This document shows, piece by piece, positions 39,610-48,644 of a stretch of DNA of 48,644 bases; positions within the stretch are counted from its first letter, which is position 1; each line of letters starts with the position of its first letter. The stretch is taken from NCBI GenBank assembly GCA_034530875.2, contig JAVRCJ020000015.1:1-48644 (forward strand). Direction: 5' to 3'. A program made the position numbers and the translations under genes. The DNA is from Nostoc sp. DedSLP01. Lineage in GTDB: Bacteria > Cyanobacteriota > Cyanobacteriia > Cyanobacteriales > Nostocaceae. The notes beneath the pieces were generated by a model. That model was not told the origin of the DNA. It saw only the letters and a program-made list of their open reading frames with translations, and ran no database searches.

Positions 39610-39869
39610 TTTTTTTATTCCTTGGGAAACTAAATCTGGGTTTGGTTATGAGGTTGATAGACTATTTATAGTGCAGATAATAATTCAGTATAAAGTATAC
39701 TTAAGTAGGAAAAAAATATATCTGCTTCGATATATTAAAAATATCTAAATTTTAGTCAAAGCAATGATGAACTTTTGAAGATTCTTAAAAGCACCTCATC
39801 GTTCATCGGTCTTTGAACCCATTATGGATGAAAGAAACATCGGTAATTCAATTCTTTTCCCCTTTCCCC

Positions 39870-40130
39870 TGTGTTTCTTCCAAGAGGGTCTGTGCATTCG
39901 CTCAGCCAACTGACGCCGGATTGGTTCGAGCATATTTTGGATAGCGTGTCTGGTGTTTCTAATCAAGATGGAGAGGTTGAGGTAATGAAAGCGATCGCTC
40001 TTGGCGATGTCTGCGACGGGCTACGCCTACGCAACTTTTAAGCATTTCGAGATACTCGTAATCTTCTACTCCTTTTCTGAGCCACTTCAGTTTCATGGAA
40101 GGAACAACTCTTTTAATACCTACCTGTTTT
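39870..40130 (-). pseudogene. C-terminal remnant of a DUF4091-like (GH123-associated) gene
   Basis: VVPSMKLKWLRKGVEDYEYLEML, then in another frame LEPIRRQLAERMH; no N-terminal part seen. Confidence 0.6.
40009..40029. repeat. 21-nt SDR5-type insertion splitting a HIP1 site
   Basis: GCGAT|GTCTGCGACGGGCTACGCCTA|CGC; removing the insert restores GCGATCGC. Confidence 0.8.
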
Positions 40131-41131
40131 CCACAATAGAACAACATCCCTTCACAAGGATAATAATGTTTGTATTTTTTCTATAAATTAAGTTTGAACG
40201 TCTTTGGCAGAGTCTTTTGTCTTTAAGCGAACTCACCAGTATAAAATTCTTGTCAATCCAAGGCTTTGGTTAATGAAGCCTTGATGAATTCTCTAGCCGA
40301 ACGTCTAGTTTCAGAATCACTATCATTCCCACAGGTCTGGGATTTTTTACTCAAGCCATTGCAATCGCTGCTTGATGAACATTTCAAAAGATTGATAAAT
40401 TTTTGCGTCTAGTGAGAATTTCATTAATGATTATTCGATTGAAGAGCTTTTATATCAATCATATAAAATTTATATAAAGCTTAAATGCTTTTAAGCGCAA
40501 AAAGTTTTTTGGTTAATATATTAATTTAACTTATGATTTTAAAAATTCATTTCTTTAATAGAAAACTATTTTGTCTAATTAAAGAAAAATTATTTTTAAC
40601 AAAAAAGCTCTGACATTGAAAACTAACTTAATAATACTAGTACTGTAAGTGCAAAACAATAGCAGCTATCGACACAAAAGCCAGTATATTGAAAAAAATA
40701 TTTAATTAAAATCAATACGCATATTACAATGTATTATTAATTGTCTTTATTAATTTTTTAAAGACTTGGTAAAGGAGTTTAGTTAATCGTTAGTTCGTGA
40801 TAATTAAATAATTACAACTTCATTCAAAAAATATTAACCAATCAAAGTTTTTGAAACACATACTTACCATTTACATGATGGTTTAAGTACTTTTTAAGAA
40901 CATAAATTATCTAATTTTGTGGAATAGACGTCTCGCTTGCTTGTAATGCAAGTCGGGCTTTTCTGGTTCGCCCACAATAATTAGTTGGAATTTTTTTTAA
41001 GTTCCCAAGCAAATAATTAATGTTTTCTAACTTAGCATTACGCAAATGGTGAGCGATCGAGATTAAACCGATGGATAGTTTTTTGGCTGAAGCTGAACTT
41101 ACGTATTAGTAAGAAATTCAGGAGAAATAAT

Positions 41132-42508
41132 ATGGCATTTATTTTCGGCAAAACAACTGCTGATAATCTTTCTGGGACTTCGGGAAATGACACGATAGTT
41201 GGTTGGGCTAATGGTGGTAATGCCAATAGTCCCTCCGGTAACGACACCTTGAATGGTGCAGCTGGTAACGATTCTCTTGCAGGAGGGACGGCAAACGACA
41301 GTCTAATTGGTGGCGCAGGAAATGACACACTTAATGGCGGTAGAGGAAACGACACTTTAATTGGTAATGCGGGTGCTGACATTTTCAAAGGCAGTCAGGG
41401 TAGCGACAGCATTAATGGCGCAGATGGTATTGATACCGCAGACTACAGCCAACTAAATCAAAGCATTATCTTGTCAAAGGTTGGAACCATTGAAAAAGCT
41501 GGCGGTTCGGAGCAAGACCAACTTTTTAGAATAGAAAGGATTATTGCTAATCCTAATGTTGCTAACAACACTATAGATGCATCATCATCTTTGTCTGGGG
41601 TATTTATCACCGTTAACCTGCAAACTGGAAGTTTAGCTGCCAATAACGTTCCTGGTTTCGGAACATTGTCATTCACTGCAATCAACTTTGATAATGTTGT
41701 CGGCACAAATGCAAGTGACAGAATTACTGGCGATAACCAAAGTAACCGATTATCCGGTAACGGTGGCAATGACACACTTAATGGAGGCGCAGGTACTGAC
41801 ACCTTGAATGGGGGAACAGGCAATGACACTTACATTATTGACGGTGCTGCTGACACCATTATCGAAGCTGCTAATTCAGGCACAGATACCGTCCGGTCTT
41901 CTATCACCTACACACTCGCTGCCAATGTAGAGGATCTGAGGCTAACAGGAACTAGTGCCATCAATGGGACTGGTAACAATCTTAACAACCTACTTTTTGG
42001 TAATACTGCCAACAATACTCTCAGTGGTAAAGCAGGCAATGACACCCTAGACGGTAATTTAGGCAATGATATTCTCAATGGTGAGGATGGCAATGATAGT
42101 CTACAGGGCGGGCCTGGTAATGATAAACTCAATGGAGGATCTGGAAACGATATCCTAATAGGTGTTTTCCCTGATAACGTACTTCCACCAGGATTAAACG
42201 AAAGCGATACCCTGACTGGTGGGCTTGGGCTAGATAGATTTATTTTGGGAGACAGTGTAAATGTTTTCTACGACGATAACAACACTGCGAATCCTGGTTT
42301 TGGAGATTTGGCTGTTATTACTGACTTCAACTCTAGTGAAGATCTAATTCAACTCAAAGGATCTACACAGGACTACCGCTTAGAAGTTGTTGGCAGTAAC
42401 ACGCGAATATTCTTAGACAAATTAGGATCGGAGCCAGATGAAATCATAGGTATTCTCCAAGGGACAACCAATCTCACACTTGAGAGTGGCAACTTCCTTT
42501 TCTTTTAG
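41132..42508 (+). CDS. RTX-type calcium-binding repeat protein
   Basis: Many GGxGNDxLx nonapeptides; no signal peptide; AGGAG RBS. Confidence 0.93.
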   Translation: MAFIFGKTTADNLSGTSGNDTIVGWANGGNANSPSGNDTLNGAAGNDSLAGGTANDSLIGGAGNDTLNGGRGNDTLIGNAGADIFKGSQGSDSINGADGIDTADYSQLNQSIILSKVGTIEKAGGSEQDQLFRIERIIANPNVANNTIDASSSLSGVFITVNLQTGSLAANNVPGFGTLSFTAINFDNVVGTNASDRITGDNQSNRLSGNGGNDTLNGGAGTDTLNGGTGNDTYIIDGAADTIIEAANSGTDTVRSSITYTLAANVEDLRLTGTSAINGTGNNLNNLLFGNTANNTLSGKAGNDTLDGNLGNDILNGEDGNDSLQGGPGNDKLNGGSGNDILIGVFPDNVLPPGLNESDTLTGGLGLDRFILGDSVNVFYDDNNTANPGFGDLAVITDFNSSEDLIQLKGSTQDYRLEVVGSNTRIFLDKLGSEPDEIIGILQGTTNLTLESGNFLFF

Positions 42509-42537
42509 TAGGAAAATACTGCACAAGCTACAAACAA

Positions 42538-42667
42538 TATAGGAATCTGACTTGATTCATGAAATTATTTGCGTAGACAGGGAGTAGGGAGTGGGGAGTA
42601 GGGAGTGGGAAATAAGCCTTGTTTGGGTGTACTGATTTTTTTCACCAAATCAAATATGAGTCCTATA
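42538..42667. mobile_element. MITE with internal STRR
   Basis: Ends TATAGGAATCTGACTTGATT / AATCAAATATGAGTCCTATA; internal GGGAGTA/GGGAGTG repeats. Confidence 0.7.
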
Positions 42668-42894
42668 CATTGTTTGGACTTTCTCTGGTAGAGCCACTTT
42701 CCCTAATTTTTCTTATACGCAACAAATCCTTTTACTGGTAAATAGGGGAAGACAGTAGTGTGTTCCCTCTTACCGGATAAAAGACTATTTTCCTGTTTGA
42801 TAAATTAAAAATTATTTTATTTTTATATTTTTCAAATTGCTATATTTTTTAATTAATAAATTAATTAAAAATCAAAAATTATCTAGCTAATTTT

Positions 42895-44355
42895 ATGGAG
42901 AAAACAATGCATAGCACTCAATTGTTTAAATCAAAAAAATGTATGTTTAGTAAAAAATTTCCTCTTAAACAATACTTATTAGTAGCAAAAACATTATTGT
43001 TTACAATAATGATATTAAATACTGGCACTAGTATAGTTAATGCTGCACCTCAAGCCTTGCGTTCTGATATTAAGATTCGCAATGTTCTCAATACGGCATC
43101 GATTATTCCTTCTGTGAGGATTACAAAAGATCCGCGCAACAATAATCTTTATTATCTCAAACGCAATGGTGATATTTATCAAGTAAATTTAGCTTTATCT
43201 ACTAGTACGCTTGTCTACAGTTTTAATAATCATAAGGTTAGCGAGACACAAGGTATAGCTATTGGCTCTGACGGTACAATTTATTTAATTGGGAATGAAA
43301 ACCTGGCTAGCGATCGCACCAGAGCAATTATTGTTAAAGGTGTAATTAATTCAAGTACTAAACAGCGAATTTGGTCTGTTTTGGCTAGGAGTGAAGGCTA
43401 TCCAAAAAGCAAAACAGCTTACGACCATCGCTTCAGCGGTGTCGTTGTTAGCCCCGATGGTAAGTTTATCTATGTGAATAGCGGTTCTCGTACAGATCAT
43501 GGTGAAGTTCAAACCGCTGGTGGTTTATATCCCAATACTCGTGAAGTAGGGTTAACAGCCTGCATTATCCGTCTTCCTACTAACGGCAAAAATCTTTTTC
43601 TTGCCAACAATCGAGCAACTTTAAAGGCAGCTGGCTATATTTTTGCAGAAGGGATACGCAATACTTATGATATGGCTTTTGCGCCTAATGGAGATTTATT
43701 TGGTGCAGAAAATGGCCCCGATCGCGATATGTCAGAAGAATTAAATTGGCTGCGTCAGGGTTATAATTATGGCTTTCCCTGGCGTATAGGCGGGACAGAT
43801 AATCCTCAACAATTCCCTAACTATAATCCTGCCAAAGACCGTTTATTAAACCCTAAATTTGGGGCAGTTCAAAAAGGCTACTATTATAACGATCCAACCT
43901 TTCCGGTTCGCCCCAATATCACTTTGACTGAACCAATTCCTAATTTTGGGCCGGATGCAGACAAGTACCGCGATCCTCAGACTGGCCAAATCAAAGATGC
44001 GAGCCTTCTGGGACAAAGTATAACTACTTTTACAACACACCGTTCTCCTTTGGGTTTAGTTTTTGATACACAAGGAGCAATGAGTCCAGAATTCAAGAAA
44101 GATGGATTTTTATTGAGTTGGACTATAGGCGACCCGGCTGGCGAATCAGTAGCAGGCCCTTTTAAAGATTCCAGTCAAGATTTGTTGCATTTAAACTTAA
44201 CTAAAGTCGGAAATAGTAACTATCGACTTCAAGCTAAACGCATTGTCCAAGGTTTTAATAATCCCGTTGATGCTGAGATTATCGGTAATAAGATTTATGT
44301 TCTGGAATACGGTGGAAACCAAGGAATTTGGGAAATTACTATGCCAACTAAGTGA
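42895..44355 (+). CDS. Secreted glucose/sorbosone dehydrogenase-like beta-propeller
   Basis: Signal-like segment ending VNA; GIRNTYDMAF..GDLF..ENGPD..EELN..G.NYGFP; start uncertain. Confidence 0.85.
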   Translation: MEKTMHSTQLFKSKKCMFSKKFPLKQYLLVAKTLLFTIMILNTGTSIVNAAPQALRSDIKIRNVLNTASIIPSVRITKDPRNNNLYYLKRNGDIYQVNLALSTSTLVYSFNNHKVSETQGIAIGSDGTIYLIGNENLASDRTRAIIVKGVINSSTKQRIWSVLARSEGYPKSKTAYDHRFSGVVVSPDGKFIYVNSGSRTDHGEVQTAGGLYPNTREVGLTACIIRLPTNGKNLFLANNRATLKAAGYIFAEGIRNTYDMAFAPNGDLFGAENGPDRDMSEELNWLRQGYNYGFPWRIGGTDNPQQFPNYNPAKDRLLNPKFGAVQKGYYYNDPTFPVRPNITLTEPIPNFGPDADKYRDPQTGQIKDASLLGQSITTFTTHRSPLGLVFDTQGAMSPEFKKDGFLLSWTIGDPAGESVAGPFKDSSQDLLHLNLTKVGNSNYRLQAKRIVQGFNNPVDAEIIGNKIYVLEYGGNQGIWEITMPTK

Positions 44356-44440
44356 GAAAAATTTGGATGAGAAATAGAGTTCTGAATTCATAAATTTTTT
44401 GAACTACACATAGTCGTATCGCCCAAATTTAATAAACTAA

Positions 44441-44470
44441 ATGAGGGTAGCACAACAGTCCTACCCTCAT
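44441..44470. terminator. Hairpin between convergent genes
   Basis: ATGAGGGTAG-10 nt-CTACCCTCAT. Confidence 0.65.
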
Positions 44471-44506
44471 AGCTATTAATTATTCTGAATTCTGGCTGCT
44501 AAACTC

Positions 44507-45025
44507 TTAAACCTTTGCTTCCAAAGATTTGAGTAATTCAGTATTCACACCTGATTCACGAGTCAGGGCAATTTTGCCAGTGCGGGCGATTTCTCTCAAA
44601 CCAAATTTTTGTAAAACTTGCACGATCGCTACCAGTTTACCTGGATCTCCTACAACTTCTAAAGTCAGAGAATCTTCCGCCACATCGACGACTCGCGCCC
44701 GGAAAATCTGAGACAGTTCGATAACTTCAGAACGATTGTTGCTGGTAGCATTGACTTTTAACAGCATCAATTCTCGTTCTACACAAGGAGTTTCGGTGAT
44801 ATCCTGCACCTTGAGGACATTAACTAACTTGTATAATTGCTTGGTGAGTTGTTCGATCACGCGATCGTCACCGGGTACAACCATCGTAATTCGCGACACT
44901 CCTCCCTGTTCAGCCGGGCCAACAGCAAGGCTTTCGATATTAAAACCACGACGAGCAAATAAACCAGAAATGCGGGACAGAACGCCCGCCTCATCTTCTA
45001 CGAGAACTGAAAGAGTATGTTTCAT
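44507..45025 (-). CDS. ilvN: Acetolactate synthase small subunit
   Basis: [36 protein letters not shown] domain; EIARTG. Confidence 0.97.
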   Translation of the reverse strand: MKHTLSVLVEDEAGVLSRISGLFARRGFNIESLAVGPAEQGGVSRITMVVPGDDRVIEQLTKQLYKLVNVLKVQDITETPCVERELMLLKVNATSNNRSEVIELSQIFRARVVDVAEDSLTLEVVGDPGKLVAIVQVLQKFGLREIARTGKIALTRESGVNTELLKSLEAKV

Positions 45026-45300
45026 CTTCGCCAACAGAGGCTAGAGCAGGATTTAAGTAACGCAGACACTAGCTAAAGTTTGCGCTAGACGTACTGCTCC
45101 ACTAACGAATAATAAGTGAGACCTTTTATTTTAAACTTAATAGCTGCACTCATTGCATATTGATAGAGACAATTTATCTAGAAATTATCTCGCAAGCAGG
45201 ATTCTCTTTTAATACATATCTTTTCATCGGCAGATGTTAAATCATGGTCAAGTTTTGTATATTCAGAGCTAATTGAACTTTTTATCGGAGATAAGTTGTT

Positions 45301-45657
45301 ATGGGTTGGTTACAAAGACTATTTGGCATGGAAAAACCTCAAAATGCCGAAGTAAATCCTACTGCCCAAGCAGTACCGCAAACTCCTAGTTCTACCGCTA
45401 CGCAAACAATACCGCCAGAACGTCTAGGATTAAATGGAGAATACGACCAAAGTGGTTTAGCCAAGCGGGTAGCGTTAGCATTCGACCAAGATGCACAACT
45501 CGATGATGTTGATACCCTTTGGGTTGCTCAAACAGGTAGCACTGTGGTTCTAAAAGGTAAAGTTCCCAACCAACAAATTCTCGACAGAATGGTTTCGGTA
45601 GCCCGTACCGTGAATGGCGCTACAAATGTTGACACCACCCAAGCTCAAGTCGGCTAG
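45301..45657 (+). CDS. BON-domain protein
   Basis: GEYDQSGLAKRVA..LWVAQTGSTVVLKGKV..VNGA..VD. Confidence 0.88.
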   Translation: MGWLQRLFGMEKPQNAEVNPTAQAVPQTPSSTATQTIPPERLGLNGEYDQSGLAKRVALAFDQDAQLDDVDTLWVAQTGSTVVLKGKVPNQQILDRMVSVARTVNGATNVDTTQAQVG

Positions 45658-45705
45658 GTGGGGAGACAAGGGGACAAAGGGACAAGGAGAATAATTCTTA
45701 ACTCT

Positions 45706-46644
45706 TCACTCCTCACTCCTCACTTGTGAGTCAATACCTCTAACTACTTTTTCAATCCAATCTAAAATTGCTTGGTTCACTTGTTCCGGACATTCATCAT
45801 GGGGACAGTGACCCACATCTTCTAAATTCAGCACTTCCAATTTCTTGTTATATTGGGCAAATTGGGTTGCCAAAGCTGGGGGAACAAACCGATCTTTTTG
45901 CCCCCAAATTAGCAGCATAGGAATTGTTAAGGTTGGTAATACTGCCTTGACATTGGGACTAAAGTTAATTCCAATTGCAGCTTTGAACAAAGCGCTGAAC
46001 GCCCTCGCCGAGCCTCGGTCTTGGGGAGGGCCAGCTAAAATTTCTATGAGTTCATCAGTAATCGCTTCTGGATTAGCATAAGCGAGACTCGCCCAGCGAC
46101 GCAGCACACCTGGACGGCGGACAAAGTTAAACACAGGTTTGAGAATCAACGGCGAAGCGACAATATTTTTAATTCCTCTCACTAGTGGTCGCAGCACAGG
46201 AGGAATTGCTTCTTGTTCCAGTGAAGGATCGGGTAAACTCATCATCACCATACCGCGTACCATATCGGGATGGGTGGCGGCGGCGGCTAAAGAAATCAAC
46301 GAACCGTTGGAATTGCCGATTAATATTGCTGGTTCGCCAATAAAGGTTTGCCAAAAATCGTAAACTTGTTCTACCCAAAGTTCTACGCTGTAATTAGCTG
46401 CGGCTTTTTCTGAAGCGCCAAAACCCAGCATATCGATCGCGTAAACTGTGTGATGTTCGGCTAATACTTCTAAATTATGCCGCCAATGACCGATAGAAGC
46501 ACCAAAGCCATGTAACAGAATTAGAGGTTGTGTCTTTTCGTCATTTTGGGCAGAGCGAATATAAGTATAACGAGTTTGCCAACCCCGCCAAACCCAATCT
46601 CTTTGATTGCCAACTCGCTCTTGCCAATGTAGTGTAGTAGTCAC
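45706..46644 (-). CDS. Alpha/beta fold hydrolase
   Basis: LLHGFGASIGHWR, DMLGFGAS, GNSNGS, GHCPHDECP; GTG at 46644 likely start. Confidence 0.92.
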   Translation of the reverse strand: MTTTLHWQERVGNQRDWVWRGWQTRYTYIRSAQNDEKTQPLILLHGFGASIGHWRHNLEVLAEHHTVYAIDMLGFGASEKAAANYSVELWVEQVYDFWQTFIGEPAILIGNSNGSLISLAAAATHPDMVRGMVMMSLPDPSLEQEAIPPVLRPLVRGIKNIVASPLILKPVFNFVRRPGVLRRWASLAYANPEAITDELIEILAGPPQDRGSARAFSALFKAAIGINFSPNVKAVLPTLTIPMLLIWGQKDRFVPPALATQFAQYNKKLEVLNLEDVGHCPHDECPEQVNQAILDWIEKVVRGIDSQVRSEE

Positions 46645-46785
46645 GTCGCTTCGCTCCGAATTCAAAATTAATAATCTTCAAAAATAATGAGGCTTGTATC
46701 TTTTTTTGTTTTTGTTCGCAGTTCTCTGTAATTTTTTAGTCTTGAAATACTATTATAAAAAAATTGCCAAATGTCCGCGATATCA

Positions 46786-46810
46786 AGAGACGTTGCAATG
46801 CAACGTCTCT
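46786..46810. repeat. SDR/REP-like palindrome
   Basis: AGAGACGTTGCA-A-TGCAACGTCTCT, followed by AC (GTAG on the minus strand). Confidence 0.75.
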
Positions 46811-46842
46811 ACATCTGGATTTAGAATGTCATAGCTATCTAT

Positions 46843-47457
46843 TTAAATAGCAGTTATAAAAGGTTGAAAAGGTTGTAATAAAATCCCTAAAATTTTATCA
46901 ACTTCTTTAATATAGTACTCAGTGGAATCTATATAAACAGTCGTTTCTTCTAAAAATAAAAATTTCCAGTTAGTTCCACTAGTAACCGAACCATAAATTT
47001 GCCTAACTTCATTTCCCTGATTTTGATTGAATAACTGCGCTGCCATCATTGCTGCTATACATTGACCAAGACCACCAATAATATCTTCTTTTTTTGCCTC
47101 AAAAATAAAAATAACTGGTGTAGAAATAAATAATTGTTCTTGGGAATTGCTGATAATGTAATCGCAAAAACCTTGCAAGCCTTGACTTATATCAACATTA
47201 AATTCATTGCCAGAAAACAGTGATATTTTATTATTTAATAATCTTCTGACCTCTGCCAGGATTGGTGCAATTAAAAACTCTGACCTGGCTTTTTCAGTTG
47301 AAATTGCAGTTGCTAAAGGAATGTAATCACTTAAAATCGTTCTCAGAATTTCTGATGGTGTAACAGGTTTTGTATCAGCAAATAAATTCCGAGTTTCATC
47401 AAGGGTTAAGTTAAAAGTTTTTTTGACCTTAGCGAGACTAAAATCGCTGTATGCCAT
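46843..47457 (-). CDS. Conserved cyanobacterial PD-(D/E)xK-fold protein
   Basis: EKARSEFLIAPIL, GFCDYII, EAKK, GQCIA.M, YGSVTSGTNWKF. Confidence 0.75.
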   Translation of the reverse strand: MAYSDFSLAKVKKTFNLTLDETRNLFADTKPVTPSEILRTILSDYIPLATAISTEKARSEFLIAPILAEVRRLLNNKISLFSGNEFNVDISQGLQGFCDYIISNSQEQLFISTPVIFIFEAKKEDIIGGLGQCIAAMMAAQLFNQNQGNEVRQIYGSVTSGTNWKFLFLEETTVYIDSTEYYIKEVDKILGILLQPFQPFITAI

Positions 47458-47539
47458 CCTTTTGCCTTGTGATTGTCTATTTCGTTTATTTCATATATTG
47501 ATGCAACTTAATTTTAGCCCTATTAATGGGAGCGATCGC

Positions 47540-47792
47540 ACCTACAAAGCCAGAGCGAATAGGCGTAGGTTGGGTTGAGGAACGAAACCCAACAAAGCTC
47601 AGATGATGTTGGGTTTCGCTGTCGCTCAACCCAACCTACTTTTCCTGTTAACTGAACCGTATTGACCTACAAAGTCAGAGCGAATGGAATTCGCGGCTAC
47701 ACAAACAAAGTCCGCCTCCGCGGACTCAGAGAAAATTAAGGTTAACCCACGGAGGTGGGTTTTGCCTGTGTAGACGCGGTTTCTAACCGCCC
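47540..47792. mobile_element. Cluster of REP/REPIN-like cruciform elements with a 21-bp direct duplication
   Basis: GTAGGTTGGGTTGAG...CTCAACCCAACCTAC (47565-47639); ACCTACAAAGYCAGAGCGAAT at 47540 and 47665; second double-hairpin element at ~47694-47779. Confidence 0.75.
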
Positions 47793-47794
47793 TT

Positions 47795-48643
47795 TTAACG
47801 TGAATTCGACTGCGATTCAACTTTGGCTTGATTCGCTAACTCTTTCGCTCTCGCCTGGGAATCAAACTTTAATTTATTATCCCACTGCTGTGCTTTGTTG
47901 AACTTGGCAACAGCACCATCAATATCTTGATTTCGCGCTAACTTTTCACCTTGGATGACTAACACTGTCGCCCCTTGCGCCAACCGCGCTGGAGTTTGGC
48001 ACGATTGCAACTCTTCTAACACTTCTGGATGGGTGATGAGGTAATTATTTAGCAAGTCGCAACCACTGAGTAATAAATTATCGAAATCCAAGTCCCATAA
48101 GATCGCGGTGTTGTGAGCACTTGCAGAAGCCAGTGTCTTGCCATCGGGGCTGAAGCCGACGCTATAGACCTTACTGCTATGCCCTGTGAGGGTTTTGATG
48201 GCTTTGCCCGTGCTGACATCCCAGAGTTTGATGGTCTTGTCAGCACTTGCAGAAGCCAGTGTCTTGCCATCGGGGCTAAAGACTACGCTAATGACCCAAC
48301 TGCTATGCCCACTCAGGGTTTTGATGGCTTTGCCCGTGCTGACATCCCAGAGTTTGATGGTGTTGTCATAACTGCCAGAAGCCAGTGTCTTGCCATCGGG
48401 ACTAAAGACTACGCTAATGACCCAACTGCTATGCTCACTCAGGGTTTTGATGGCTTTGCCCGTGCTGACATCCCAGAGTTTGATGGTGTTGTCATCACTG
48501 CCAGAAGCCAGTGTCTTGCCATCGGGGCTAAAGGCTACGCTTCTGACCCTACTGCTATGCCCTGTGAGGGTTTTGATGGCTTTGCCCGTGCTGACATCCC
48601 AGAGTTTGATGGTGTTGTCAGCACTTGCAGAAGCCAGTGTCTT
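47795..48643 (-). CDS. WD40-repeat protein, C-terminal part (runs off window end)
   Basis: One open frame of [31 protein letters not shown] 42-aa repeats continuing into ..[15 protein letters not shown]; the ORF track shows only the tail because there is no in-frame start codon. Confidence 0.95.
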   Translation of the reverse strand, partial: KTLASASADNTIKLWDVSTGKAIKTLTGHSSRVRSVAFSPDGKTLASGSDDNTIKLWDVSTGKAIKTLSEHSSWVISVVFSPDGKTLASGSYDNTIKLWDVSTGKAIKTLSGHSSWVISVVFSPDGKTLASASADKTIKLWDVSTGKAIKTLTGHSSKVYSVGFSPDGKTLASASAHNTAILWDLDFDNLLLSGCDLLNNYLITHPEVLEELQSCQTPARLAQGATVLVIQGEKLARNQDIDGAVAKFNKAQQWDNKLKFDSQARAKELANQAKVESQSNSR

Positions 48644-48644
48644 G

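Noticed and set aside
41038..42132. Minus-strand ORFs within the RTX gene
   Set aside because: Antisense shadows of nonapeptide repeats
46843..47457. Restriction-modification system
   Set aside because: Lone member of a common cyanobacterial family, with no methyltransferase or specificity gene nearby
47626..47820. 64-aa ORF
   Set aside because: Translation of a REP-like repeat
47795..48371. Separate short ORFs or a frameshifted WD40 pseudogene
   Set aside because: Manual translation gives one uninterrupted minus frame from 48643 to 47795; the others are alternate-frame shadows
48095..48644. Diversity-generating retroelement TR/VR pair
   Set aside because: No reverse transcriptase in the window, and the repeats are in-frame coding tandem units, not a separate template

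Overview
Chromosomal window from a heterocyst-forming cyanobacterium (Nostocales, Nostoc-like). The assignment rests on frequent HIP1 octamers (GCGATCGC), 7-bp STRR repeats, MITE/REP-like intergenic elements and gene content. Core genes: 3' end of psbD, psbC, an S1-domain protein, plmA, psbV-petE-petJ-like, tRNA-Glu(TTC), purT, chrA, ilvN, an ABC-2 transporter and several hydrolases. The best candidate for an under-described system is a five-gene minus-strand cluster (35.0-39.6 kb): coiled-coil protein, a longin-like/TM/OmpA trans-envelope protein, a stand-alone Rab-like small GTPase, a small protein coupled to it, and a histidine kinase. Other points of interest: an orphan AAA+ ATPase fused to a probable PD-(D/E)xK-like domain; a TrcR-like repressor locus with an operator-overlapped promoter, a possible leader-ORF attenuator and an unannotated decayed HNH nuclease; a GAF histidine kinase lacking its phospho-His; a cytochrome b6 paralog missing a heme ligand; an 11x21-bp array; and a WD40 array varying at a few fixed codons. 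All family calls are from motif recognition by eye; no searches were run.
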